From Bdellovibrionales bacterium (lineage in GTDB: Bacteria; Bdellovibrionota; Bdellovibrionia; Bdellovibrionales; UBA840): 58,575 nt of DNA. The notes under the pieces were generated by a model that saw only the letters and a program-made list of their open reading frames with translations, did no database searches and was not told the origin of the DNA. Of the stretch, positions 45,550 through 55,107 are shown piece by piece (the first letter of the stretch is position 1; each line of letters begins with the position of its first letter). The translations under genes and the position numbers were made by a program. The stretch spans positions 1 to 58,575 of the forward strand of contig JBBKWS010000123.1 of assembly GCA_037969075.1 (NCBI GenBank), written 5' to 3'.

Positions 45550-47073
45550 TTGGATATTGCAAACTACCGCTCAGAGTTTATGATTTTTGTCGTTGATGAC
45601 GAAGAATCGATTCGTTCAATTTTGGAGGAGGCTCTTGGTGATGCTAAATATCAAGTTAAAACATTTCCAACGGCTGAGGATGCATTAGAGGTTATAAAAA
45701 AAGAACCTCCGCATGTTATCTTATCTGATATTCGTATGCCAGGAATGAGTGGGATAGATTTATTGGTCGAAGTTCGCTCGATCAGTACAGATATACAGTT
45801 TATTATTATGACATCACATGCCAGTCTAGATACGGCTCTTCAAGCGATAAAACTTGGAGCCTATGATTACTTACATAAGCCCTTCGAAGATATCAATGAT
45901 GTAATTGTAACTTTAGATAGAACGGTTGAAAAACTTTTTTTACAATATCAAAACGAGCAACTTCTTGAAGAGCTTGCAGTAAAAAACAATTCTCTGATTG
46001 ATCTTAATGCGCGAATCGCAAAGGAGAAAGAGGAGGTTGTTTACATCAATTCATTTATGGCTGAAGTAGCTAGAGTTATTGAGGTTGACGAGGTTTTAGA
46101 TATTTTTTTAGCTCATTCAGCAAAGCTTGTTGAAAATAAACCGGTAATATTTTTCAAGCATTTACCCGCTTACTCATCCCTATTGCTTTATAAAGCTGGC
46201 GCTTTAAATATAGATGAGTATAGAGGCGTGGGAGTTAGTTTAAAAGACATACCTGTTAAGAGTTACAATGAGAGCATCCAGTCGCCGCAGGCTCTAGAGC
46301 CGCTGGCAGATTTAATGTCAGAGGTATTTGGTCAAACTAGATTTTTAGCCTTACCTCTAGTGTTAGAAAATGAAGTAGCTGGTGTTGTGGTTACGCAAGA
46401 CATTGAAGACATTTCTGCAAGACGTGTTTATGACAGCTTTATACAGGTTTTAAGTGTGTCGTATCATAATGCCGTGATGAGAAAACGAATGCACGAAATG
46501 GCGATTAAAGACCCACTAACGGGTTTATATAACCGTCGTTTTTACAATCAAAAGCTCGATGAAGAAATCGCTCGTTCAAGACGTACGAGATATCCAGTCT
46601 CTTTAATTTACATGGATATAGATCATTTTAAAAAATATAATGACAATAACGGTCACCAAAATGGTGATCTTTTATTGAAATCTATATCTAAGCTTATGCA
46701 AAAAACCAGTCGTGCCAATGATGTTGTGGCAAGACTTGGTGGAGAAGAGTTTAGCATTATTCTTCCGCATACGGATTTAATGGGTGCGGCAGTTAAAGCA
46801 GAAAAATTGCGTAAGATCATTGAGACAACTAAGTTTCCATTTGGCGAGCTACAACCAATGGGATTTATTTCAATAAGTATCGGTGTAAGTGAATACCCTA
46901 CAATTAGTAGGGATGGAGAAGGAATGATTAAGGCAGCAGATGATGCTCTTTACAAAGTTAAAGAGACTAGTCGAAACCGTGTGTGTGTGGCTCAAGCGCC
47001 TGATGGATTTACTCCTGATTTTACTCCAGAAAAAGTTCCGCCGTATGACCCAAATGAGAAAAAAAATGCCTAA
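45550..47073 (+). CDS. Response regulator - central (GAF-like?) domain - GGDEF diguanylate cyclase
   Basis: REC domain has VVDDEES...LSDIRMPGMSG...KP. The GGDEF domain has an intact active site RLGGEEF and an RxxD I-site (RAND) five residues upstream. TTG start with GGAG 5 nt upstream. Confidence 0.88.
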   Translation: MDIANYRSEFMIFVVDDEESIRSILEEALGDAKYQVKTFPTAEDALEVIKKEPPHVILSDIRMPGMSGIDLLVEVRSISTDIQFIIMTSHASLDTALQAIKLGAYDYLHKPFEDINDVIVTLDRTVEKLFLQYQNEQLLEELAVKNNSLIDLNARIAKEKEEVVYINSFMAEVARVIEVDEVLDIFLAHSAKLVENKPVIFFKHLPAYSSLLLYKAGALNIDEYRGVGVSLKDIPVKSYNESIQSPQALEPLADLMSEVFGQTRFLALPLVLENEVAGVVVTQDIEDISARRVYDSFIQVLSVSYHNAVMRKRMHEMAIKDPLTGLYNRRFYNQKLDEEIARSRRTRYPVSLIYMDIDHFKKYNDNNGHQNGDLLLKSISKLMQKTSRANDVVARLGGEEFSIILPHTDLMGAAVKAEKLRKIIETTKFPFGELQPMGFISISIGVSEYPTISRDGEGMIKAADDALYKVKETSRNRVCVAQAPDGFTPDFTPEKVPPYDPNEKKNA

Positions 47074-48160
47074 AACAGAAAGCCTATCAAGACCAGCTTT
47101 TGCGGAGATACATCTAGAGCGCCTGATTAGTAATTTAGAATATTTATTAAATAAAACAAAGCACCCATTTTTTTGCCCAATGTTAAAAGCAAATGCGTAT
47201 GGACACGGAGATCAGCAAATTGCAAATCTTTTGCAAGGTAGAAATATCACAACTGTTGGTGTTTCCACCATTGATGAGGCTATACATTTACGCCATGGTG
47301 GTTATAAAAATGAAATCCTTGTGTTCTCGGCAAGTTTTCAATCATGTGCTAGTGAAGTCTTACAATTTAACTTAACACCTGTATTAAGTGACCCGAGTCA
47401 TCTAGAAACTTTTAAAAATATAAGCTCTCATATTCGTGTACATATAAAGTTAAATACTGGTATGAATCGCATGGGTCTTGATGAAGACAAGTTGCCTAAG
47501 GTAGTTGAGGATTGTAAGAAGCAAGGTTTGCAAATAGTTGGAGTGCTGACTCACCTGCATAGTAGTTCGGATATTTCTAATAGCGATGGCACCAGTAGAC
47601 GACAAGTTGAGATATTTGAATCCTTACAAAAAAAATATTTTGCAGATAGTGTGCTTAAGCATGTTTATAATAGTGATGGTTTATTGTTAGCAGAAAAGCC
47701 AAGTTATGGGGCGAGGCCAGGTATTGCACTTTATGGCTATAGTGAAACCGAAGACGATGCTTTACTACCTGTTATGGAATTAAGAGCAAAATTAGTAAGT
47801 GTCCGTAAAGTGCGCAAAGGCGAGATTGTATCTTACTCAGGTACATGGAGAGCGAATGAGGATACTACAATAGGAGTATTGCCGCTGGGGTATGCTGACG
47901 GTTTACCTAGAGTATTATCTAATAATATTAGTTTTAGATATAAAGGGTATTCGATCCCACAGATTGGTACAATATGTATGGATTATACAATGGTTAATTT
48001 AGAGCAAGTAAAAGATAAAATAGATGTTGGATCGGTAATTACTGTTTTTGGGATGGAGAAGGGGTTTGCCGCTTCGGATGCCGCCAAAAAAGCAAACACA
48101 ATATCTTATGAAATGTTAACTTCAATCAGCGAGAGAATTCCTCGTTTTTTTATAGATTAG
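47066..48160 (+). CDS. alr: Alanine racemase
   Basis: PLP-Lys motif PMLKANAYGHG, plus C-terminal ISYEMLTSISERIPR. I moved the start to the ATG at 47066 (MPKTESLSRPAFAEIHL), which overlaps the cyclase stop by 8 nt. Confidence 0.88.
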   Translation: MPKTESLSRPAFAEIHLERLISNLEYLLNKTKHPFFCPMLKANAYGHGDQQIANLLQGRNITTVGVSTIDEAIHLRHGGYKNEILVFSASFQSCASEVLQFNLTPVLSDPSHLETFKNISSHIRVHIKLNTGMNRMGLDEDKLPKVVEDCKKQGLQIVGVLTHLHSSSDISNSDGTSRRQVEIFESLQKKYFADSVLKHVYNSDGLLLAEKPSYGARPGIALYGYSETEDDALLPVMELRAKLVSVRKVRKGEIVSYSGTWRANEDTTIGVLPLGYADGLPRVLSNNISFRYKGYSIPQIGTICMDYTMVNLEQVKDKIDVGSVITVFGMEKGFAASDAAKKANTISYEMLTSISERIPRFFID

Positions 48161-48164
48161 GGAT

Positions 48165-48971
48165 ATGGAAGATAGTAAGCAAAGTTTTCTACAACGAATG
48201 AATCAAAGCCTATCTGAATATACTTCAGAGCTAGGGAATTTATTCGTTTTTTTATGGTTGTCCATTAAACTTTTTTTTACGCCGCCATATAGATTTGGTG
48301 AGTTTTTGAAGCATATGGAATTCATTACGAATAAATCCATTTTTATCATTTGTCTGACTGCATTTTTTACGGGTATGGTTTTATCATTTCAAATTTATTT
48401 AGGTTTTAAAATTATTAATTCTGAGAATCTTGTGGGGCCAACTGTGGGCTTAGGTATTTTTAGAGAACTTGGTCCCGTGTTAACGGGTTTAATTGTGGCT
48501 GCTCGTGCGGGTGGTGCAATGGCTGCAAGACTTGGAACAATGAGGGTGACTGAGCAAATAGATGCACTCGCCGTCATGGGTATTGATCCTAAGCAATTTT
48601 TGATTGGCCCTCGCATAATGGCAGCTGTTGTTGGGATGCCACTCTTAAGTGCGATATTTTCATTCGTAGCCATGTTGGGTTCATACTTTATTTGCGTTCA
48701 TCTCTTGGGTTTAGATTCAGCTATTTTTATCGATAAAGTACAGTTTTGGTTAAACCCCATTCATCTTAATGAAGGGTTATTGAAAGCAACTATATTTGGT
48801 CTAATTTTTGGTCTTATATGTACTTATAAAGGCTATAATACTAAGGGTGGAGCAAAGGGTGTCGGGGACGCTACAAATGCAGGAGTAGTGAACAGTATGG
48901 TTCTGATAATTGTTTCTGATTTTTTTATAACAAAAATATTTAGATTATTTGTGATTTGGTTTGAGTTATGA
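48165..48971 (+). CDS. mlaE: Phospholipid ABC transporter permease MlaE
   Basis: Carries the MlaE/Ttg2B signature block ELGPVLTGLIVAARAGGAMAARLGTMRVTEQIDAL and has 5-6 TM segments. Confidence 0.88.
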   Translation: MEDSKQSFLQRMNQSLSEYTSELGNLFVFLWLSIKLFFTPPYRFGEFLKHMEFITNKSIFIICLTAFFTGMVLSFQIYLGFKIINSENLVGPTVGLGIFRELGPVLTGLIVAARAGGAMAARLGTMRVTEQIDALAVMGIDPKQFLIGPRIMAAVVGMPLLSAIFSFVAMLGSYFICVHLLGLDSAIFIDKVQFWLNPIHLNEGLLKATIFGLIFGLICTYKGYNTKGGAKGVGDATNAGVVNSMVLIIVSDFFITKIFRLFVIWFEL

Positions 48972-49723
48972 GTGACGCAATTGTAATTAAAAATTTGAAA
49001 AAAACATTTAATGGTACAGAGTATGTTTTAAAGGGCATAGATCTAAGAATCCCAAAGGGAAAGATTACAGTTCTTATTGGCTACAGTGGTACCGGTAAGA
49101 GCGTGTTATTAAAACATTTACTAGGTTTATTAAAACCTACAGATGGAAGCATAGAGGTCTTAGGTAAAAATCTGCAAGAGATGGACAACGAAGAGTTAAT
49201 TCGCTTTCGCTGTAACTATGGAATGCTTTTTCAAGATGCTGCACTTTTTGATGATCATACAATGATTGAGAACGTGCTATTTCCGATCAATGAGTATCGC
49301 CGAGACTTAAGTGTGGCTGATAGACGAGAAATTGCCATAGCAAAACTAACTCAAGTTGGTCTTGAGGCGAAAAGTTATGACAAGTTGCCGTCAGAGCTAA
49401 GTGGTGGCATGCGTAAGCGTTGCGGACTCGCCAGAGCTTTAGCCCTAGATCCAGAAATTATATTATATGACGAACCAACGACCGGTCTTGATCCGATAAT
49501 GACGGAAACGGTGGATAATTTGATTTTAAATACGCATAATCATAGAGAGGGTGTAACTAGTGTGGTCATTACTCATGATCTTTATGCGGCTTTTCGCTTA
49601 GCTCACTTTGTTGCAATGTTAGATAATGGAAAGGTTCTGTTGTCAGGAACCCCTCAAGATTTTCTCAAGTCAGATATAGACTTGGTAAAACGTTTTGTAG
49701 AAAAAGGGATAAAGCATTCGTGA
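48968..49723 (+). CDS. mlaF: Phospholipid ABC transporter ATP-binding protein MlaF
   Basis: Walker A GYSGTGKS, signature LSGGMRKR, Walker B ILYDEPTTGLD. ATGA overlap with mlaE. Confidence 0.9.
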   Translation: MSDAIVIKNLKKTFNGTEYVLKGIDLRIPKGKITVLIGYSGTGKSVLLKHLLGLLKPTDGSIEVLGKNLQEMDNEELIRFRCNYGMLFQDAALFDDHTMIENVLFPINEYRRDLSVADRREIAIAKLTQVGLEAKSYDKLPSELSGGMRKRCGLARALALDPEIILYDEPTTGLDPIMTETVDNLILNTHNHREGVTSVVITHDLYAAFRLAHFVAMLDNGKVLLSGTPQDFLKSDIDLVKRFVEKGIKHS

Positions 49724-51108
49724 ATCTAGGTAGTGCAACTGAGTTAAAGGTGGGTGCTGTTGTTTTAGCCGTATTAGGGCTAATTGTTTTCATGTCATTT
49801 TCGATGAGTGAAGATCCAAGCTACTTGGGAACATCTAAAAAATATTTCTTTTATACGCCTGATGCCAGCGGCCTTATTAAAAAATCTTCCATAAAATTAG
49901 CTGGTATTGATGTGGGTGTTATTAGAGATATACAGCTGCGTGATGGATTGGCCTATGTTGAAATTACTTTAAAATCTGATGTGAAATTAAGTCCTTCCTC
50001 TCGTATTGAAGTCAGGGCAAATGGAATTTTGGGTGACAAGTATGTAGAGGTTGTTCCTGGAGATATCCGTGATGGTGTTTTAGAAGATGGTTCGCAGATC
50101 TTAGAAGTTAGAGATACCGGATCGTTAGCTGCTCTTATGAACGAAGTGGGAAAAATTGCTGGTTCATTAAGTAGTGTCGCTAAAACAATCGAGCAAGCTG
50201 CCACCAAAGATGGAGATAGATCGAGCCCAATTGGAAGAATTATAAATAACATGGAAGTTTTTACGGCGGATCTTGCCGAAATTTCTAATGGGCGTAAGCG
50301 TAAGATAGGTGAGATCATTGATAATGTTCATGATGTAACCACTGGGCTGAGCGACGTATTTAATGACCAAGGTGATGGTGGGTTTAAGGCCAATTGGGCC
50401 AAACTTTCTAATACAATTAATAAATTAGATGAATCAATGGATAACATTAAATCTATAACTGGAAAGATCAACTCTGGTGAAGGTACATTGGGTAAGCTTG
50501 TTAATGATGAAACTACAATTGATAGTGTGAATGATACCTTAACTCAAGTGAATGAGTTCTTTGGCGCGGCAGGAAAGCTTACCACGGACATTGATTTTCA
50601 CTCAGAATACTTAGCAGAAGATGATTTAACTAAAAGCTATCTATCTGTTAAAATACAGCCTGGTTTAGATAGGTTCTATGAGCTAGGTATCGTGGATGAT
50701 CCGCGCGGTGTATCAGAAGAAGAGCAAGTAATATCAGGGCCAACTGGCGGAGCAACAACGGATACTACAACCACAACAATTTTTAAAAATAAAATTAAAT
50801 TCAATGCAATGCTTGCTAAAAACTTTTTCAATCTAACTGTTAAGGCGGGTATCATTGAAAATGAAGGTGGCGTTAGTTTTGAATATTACCTGTATGGTGA
50901 TAAGTTAAAATGGAATTTAGACGTATTCGATTTTGACCAGACAAATATACGTAGTGCTTTAAAGTGGTCATTTTACAGAGGAATCTATGTCCTAGGTGGA
51001 GTTGATGATATCCTAAATGAACGCACAGGGGTTAGTGGATATTTTGGAGCCGGATTGTATCTTACAAATGACGATATAAAACTCTTGTTATCTGGACTAT
51101 CCTTGTAA
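49720..51108 (+). CDS. mlaD: Long MCE-domain protein (MlaD with about 300-aa C-terminal extension)
   Basis: N-terminal TM plus an MCE domain (IKLAGIDVGVIRDIQL...VRANGILGDKYVEVVPG). This is followed by a helical stretch and a beta-rich C-terminal region. 462 aa, versus about 180 aa as I recall for E. coli MlaD. GTGA overlap with mlaF. Confidence 0.8.
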   Translation: MNLGSATELKVGAVVLAVLGLIVFMSFSMSEDPSYLGTSKKYFFYTPDASGLIKKSSIKLAGIDVGVIRDIQLRDGLAYVEITLKSDVKLSPSSRIEVRANGILGDKYVEVVPGDIRDGVLEDGSQILEVRDTGSLAALMNEVGKIAGSLSSVAKTIEQAATKDGDRSSPIGRIINNMEVFTADLAEISNGRKRKIGEIIDNVHDVTTGLSDVFNDQGDGGFKANWAKLSNTINKLDESMDNIKSITGKINSGEGTLGKLVNDETTIDSVNDTLTQVNEFFGAAGKLTTDIDFHSEYLAEDDLTKSYLSVKIQPGLDRFYELGIVDDPRGVSEEEQVISGPTGGATTDTTTTTIFKNKIKFNAMLAKNFFNLTVKAGIIENEGGVSFEYYLYGDKLKWNLDVFDFDQTNIRSALKWSFYRGIYVLGGVDDILNERTGVSGYFGAGLYLTNDDIKLLLSGLSL

Positions 51109-52799
51109 TGGGCCAAGAACAATTACATTCAAAAATCTACATCATAAAATCAGCACATAAAATTTTAGGGCCATTCACAATCAAAGAAATAATTGATCAG
51201 ATGTGGGGTAAAAAAATACATGCATTTGATGAGGTTAAGACGCCGTTTACGCGCTGGTGCTTTTTGCGTGATGACGAAGCCTTAGGTAAGGTGTTTAAAG
51301 ATATCATTGAATCACGTGTAAGTTCAGATGATGTTGATGATGTAACTACAACGCTAGAGAAAACAGCCTTTACTGTGTCGCAAAGATTAATAAAGTTAAA
51401 AGAACTATCGCATCACACAGCCTCATTGTCTGATCATCAATCTACAAACTTTAGTGATTACAGAGAAGATGCAGAAGATATCATGCAAAACAACTCCAGT
51501 ATTAGTGTAATTTCTATGAAGCCTGGATACAAAAAATCAAAACCGAAGGCGCAACGTTACCTATATATTGCTATATTAATTGTTAGTATTGCATTGTTTG
51601 GCAGCTTGCTTTTAGAAGAAAGTAAGCAGGTTAAATCTCTGTCTGTGAACTCGGCTTTATGGGATAGATCAAACTATTTGGGAGATACGAAAACAATACT
51701 CTCCATTTATAATGATCAAGTAAGATACAATACCGATGTTAGCTATAAGTTTATAGAAGCTAATATAGCCGAGGATAAGTTTTTAAATGCTGAGCAAATT
51801 ATAACGTCTATGTTAACTGACAACTTGCCATCAAAAGATAGAGCGAGGCTCTTGAATTATTCAGGAGTTATTGAGCTACACCGACAAAATTTTCCAGAAG
51901 CGAATGCTTTATTTAAACAGGCAATGCAATTAGATCCAACATTTGAAGAGGCGCAGATTAATTTAGTAGATGGTTTCTTACTTATGGATGATATTACTCA
52001 AGCCAAAGTATTTTTACCAGATGAAGTAAAACTAGAGAATGCGCAATCGACGTTAATCTATCTACATTATGAGACATTGTTTTTTGACGAAAAATTCTCT
52101 CCAGAAGATGATGCGTGGCTAAATGATCTATTTGCCAATGCGATACAACCATATGATCAACGTCAAGAAATCATGATGCTCTTAGGTCTACTACTATTAG
52201 AAAAGAAGTATGAAAATGAAAGCATGCAAATGTTTCAACGCGCTTTAGATATAAATCCCAATTTTATGTTTATGAATATACAATCTCAGGCTTTATATCA
52301 TCCAAAGGTTGTCGTGCAAAAGACTCTAGTCTTTTTGAAGCGCTATGAATATAAGTACCAAGGAAATCCATATTATTTAGCTGCTATGTCTATGTTGTAC
52401 TATAAAAGTAAGTCAGATATTTTGGCTCGTAAATATTTAGATCAAGCGCAAAGAATTAACCCGACAGACTCTTTCTTGCAGGCTATGCAGCTATTTTTTG
52501 ATCCAAAGTTCGAAGACACTAATTTAAGCGAGAGGATTTTATCTGGGCAACTAACTCTGCAGCATGCTAAGCTTGCTGCTACGTATTGTTATAAAGCAGA
52601 AAAGATTAAATGTGCTGATGATCTTTGGAATTATATACTTATTGCTAACCCAAACAGTATTGAGGCCATCACGGGTAAGATACGTATTTTTTTAAAGAAA
52701 AACCTTCGCACAGAGGCAAAGCAATGGTTGTACAAGGGGTTAGGATTAGCTCCTAGGTATGTGCCACTTCGAGAGCTAGAAATGGATAGTAACTTATGA
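51108..52799 (+). CDS. GYF_2 (DUF4339) domain - TM - TPR-repeat protein
   Basis: N-terminal IYIIKSAHKILGPFTIKEIIDQMWGKKIHAFDEVKTPFTRWCFL fits GYF_2. One TM (YLYIAILIVSIALFGSLLL) follows, then about 390 aa with TPR-like periodicity (e.g. ALFKQAMQLDPTFEEA, MFQRALDINPNF). TAATG overlap with mlaD. Confidence 0.7.
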   Translation: MGQEQLHSKIYIIKSAHKILGPFTIKEIIDQMWGKKIHAFDEVKTPFTRWCFLRDDEALGKVFKDIIESRVSSDDVDDVTTTLEKTAFTVSQRLIKLKELSHHTASLSDHQSTNFSDYREDAEDIMQNNSSISVISMKPGYKKSKPKAQRYLYIAILIVSIALFGSLLLEESKQVKSLSVNSALWDRSNYLGDTKTILSIYNDQVRYNTDVSYKFIEANIAEDKFLNAEQIITSMLTDNLPSKDRARLLNYSGVIELHRQNFPEANALFKQAMQLDPTFEEAQINLVDGFLLMDDITQAKVFLPDEVKLENAQSTLIYLHYETLFFDEKFSPEDDAWLNDLFANAIQPYDQRQEIMMLLGLLLLEKKYENESMQMFQRALDINPNFMFMNIQSQALYHPKVVVQKTLVFLKRYEYKYQGNPYYLAAMSMLYYKSKSDILARKYLDQAQRINPTDSFLQAMQLFFDPKFEDTNLSERILSGQLTLQHAKLAATYCYKAEKIKCADDLWNYILIANPNSIEAITGKIRIFLKKNLRTEAKQWLYKGLGLAPRYVPLRELEMDSNL

Positions 52800-53431
52800 T
52801 TAGAGTTTTATTTTTAATTATACTTTCTGTGTCCTGTACTCATAAATCTGAAGAAAAACGCATTGATTATAAAAAGGTTTTAACTTTAAATCGTAATGAT
52901 ACACTCGATATTCCTCTGACCCTGCGTAATCAACTAGAGCTAGATTACTTCGTATTAAGCCCGCGACCAGTTGCAAGAACAGATACGCAAAAAAAAGTTT
53001 TACTAGGAACTTTGACTAGAGAATACTTGCCCTTCGAGGCCTTTCTGATTGATCACCAATCTGTTTTAAGCGAGGAGTCATATTTATTTAAAACTGATGG
53101 TGGCGGCCAAATAGATTTGTCGCATTATCTTAATGGTAAAGCGGGTGAATTTTCTTTAGGATTCCATTTAGATGAAAAATATAGTGCATCTAATACCAGA
53201 GTATATTTTTTGAATAATCTTAAGGCGCAAGGTTGTGGTGAGTATAAGGATATAACGAGTTTCTTTTTTACTACAATTAATAAAAAAGGATTGATAACAA
53301 GCACTAAGGATCTTATACATTTAAAATTGTTAGTCGGTGCCATAGTTTTAATTTCTAATATTGATGATAAGTACTATATGGGCCAGTTATACATTACAGA
53401 TTCAAGAGTCAAAAAAGCTCTATGTAGGTAA
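52796..53431 (+). CDS. Hypothetical lipoprotein (211 aa)
   Basis: The leader MIRVLFLIILSVSC has a lipobox. ATGA overlap with the upstream gene. No family recognised. Confidence 0.55.
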   Translation: MIRVLFLIILSVSCTHKSEEKRIDYKKVLTLNRNDTLDIPLTLRNQLELDYFVLSPRPVARTDTQKKVLLGTLTREYLPFEAFLIDHQSVLSEESYLFKTDGGGQIDLSHYLNGKAGEFSLGFHLDEKYSASNTRVYFLNNLKAQGCGEYKDITSFFFTTINKKGLITSTKDLIHLKLLVGAIVLISNIDDKYYMGQLYITDSRVKKALCR

Positions 53432-53433
53432 AA

Positions 53434-54333
53434 ATGTCATTAGTAAGCGTAAATGGGTTAATTACCAAGCCTGAAGATGCAGTTATTTCAGTCTATGATC
53501 GAGGCTTTTTGTTTGGTGATGCTGTATATGAGGTCACCAGATCCTATGGAAAAGTTCTATTCTCCCTAGAAGCACATATTGACCGCTTATATCGCTCTGC
53601 TGAGGCTATTATGCTCAATATTGGCATAAGTAAAGACGATTTTACTAAGCAGGTATATGAGTTTTATAAAAAAGAAAATAATGATGATATTTACATCCGA
53701 ATTCAAATTTCGCGCGGTAATGTAAAAAAAGAACAAATCAGTTTATTTCCTGAAAATCATGGTCACGCTAACGTTGTGATGTATTTACATCCACTCAAAC
53801 CATTTGATCCTACGTTGTATACAGAGGGACAAAAGCTTGTGCATGCAGGTAATCTGCGTAACTCAAAAAAATCATTAGATCCTAATATTAAGTCAGGAAA
53901 CTACTTAAACAACATTATGGCTCTGCTAAACGTAGATAAAGAAAAGTACTCTGATAGTTTTTTACTAGATGAAGAGGGCTTTGTTACAGAGGGAACGACT
54001 TTTAATATTTTTTATGTAAAAAACGGGGTTGTTTATACCAGTCCCGATGATTCAGATATTCTTTTGGGGATTACTAGAAATATTCTTTTAGAAGAATCTG
54101 TTAAAAAAGGGATTACGATTAAAAAGAGAAACTTTACATTAGATGACCTTTATAGTGCTGATGAGGTGTTTACCACATCAAGCACCAAAGAAGTTATGCC
54201 AGTAAGTTTTGTTGATGATAAAAAGATTGCATCTGGCCAGCCAGGTAAAATTACAAATGAATTGATGGTTATATATAAAGAGCATATTTCTAGTTATTTA
54301 AAGTGGGCTAAGACGACCCACCCGTGGAAATAA
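53434..54333 (+). CDS. Class IV PLP aminotransferase (D-amino-acid / branched-chain type)
   Basis: Contains [50 protein letters not shown] and LLGITR. The pattern is close to the Bacillus D-alanine aminotransferase sequence as I recall it, but the NY-containing loop is also IlvE-like, so specificity is unresolved. Confidence 0.8.
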   Translation: MSLVSVNGLITKPEDAVISVYDRGFLFGDAVYEVTRSYGKVLFSLEAHIDRLYRSAEAIMLNIGISKDDFTKQVYEFYKKENNDDIYIRIQISRGNVKKEQISLFPENHGHANVVMYLHPLKPFDPTLYTEGQKLVHAGNLRNSKKSLDPNIKSGNYLNNIMALLNVDKEKYSDSFLLDEEGFVTEGTTFNIFYVKNGVVYTSPDDSDILLGITRNILLEESVKKGITIKKRNFTLDDLYSADEVFTTSSTKEVMPVSFVDDKKIASGQPGKITNELMVIYKEHISSYLKWAKTTHPWK

Positions 54334-54334
54334 A

Positions 54335-54832
54335 ATGATTGATTTTTTAATGGCCTATAAAAGATATGATCCTGCTGCAAAATCACTTTTTGAAATTGCT
54401 CTATTGTATCCAGGCCCCAAGGCAATATTACTGTACAGGTTTGCTAGCTGTTTTTATAAAATTAGACTTTTCTTTTTAGCCAGATTATTTTGTGAAACGG
54501 GGCGAATGTTTACAGGAATCGAGATTCATCCTGGTGCCAAAATTGGCAAACGCCTAGTGATAGATCACGGCATGGGTGTGGTGATTGGCGAGACAGCTGA
54601 AGTTGGCGATGATTGTATTATTTTTCACGGCGTGACCCTAGGTGGAATGCGATTTGAGGATATCAAGCGTCATCCTACTATTGGAAATAAGGTGGTTATT
54701 GGTACAGGAGCTAAGGTCTTAGGGGCAATCACAATTGGTGATAATTCAAAAGTAGGCGCTAATGCGGTGGTTACAGATTCTGTGCCAGCAAACGTGACAG
54801 TTGTGGGAATCCCTGCCAAGATTAAGTCATGA
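54335..54832 (+). CDS. cysE: Serine O-acetyltransferase (short hexapeptide-repeat form)
   Basis: Contains DPAAKS...[42 protein letters not shown] and KRHPTIGN; this is the canonical SAT pattern. Confidence 0.8.
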   Translation: MIDFLMAYKRYDPAAKSLFEIALLYPGPKAILLYRFASCFYKIRLFFLARLFCETGRMFTGIEIHPGAKIGKRLVIDHGMGVVIGETAEVGDDCIIFHGVTLGGMRFEDIKRHPTIGNKVVIGTGAKVLGAITIGDNSKVGANAVVTDSVPANVTVVGIPAKIKS

Positions 54833-55107
54833 GTCGATTCAAACAAATTTTTTGGTTGTTACATCTAGCATGGATTTGGTTAATTTTGTTTGGCCTTCAT
54901 GTTGTTATTGTTGAGTACTTGCAGTGGAGCAACGTGATCATTACTGTTTTCAGTAAACTCATCTATTTTTCGTGCTTTTTAATGTTCCCTGTTGGTGAAG
55001 CACTGAATGATACAAGGATTTTTTGGCTATTTTTTATAATGCAATTTAGTTTTTGGGCGTTAGTATCTTTGGTGAATTCTTTTATTTACAGAAAGTTTAA
55101 TCGATGA
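54829..55107 (+). CDS. Small integral membrane protein (92 aa, about 3 TM)
   Basis: Hydrophobic, Trp/Phe-rich. ATGA overlaps at both ends tie it into the operon. Confidence 0.5.
   Translation: MSRFKQIFWLLHLAWIWLILFGLHVVIVEYLQWSNVIITVFSKLIYFSCFLMFPVGEALNDTRIFWLFFIMQFSFWALVSLVNSFIYRKFNR

Noticed and set aside
46940-47065. 42-codon N-terminal extension of the alanine racemase ORF
   Set aside because: It overlaps the end of the GGDEF gene in another frame and has no racemase similarity. The ATG at 47066 gives a canonical Alr N-terminus.
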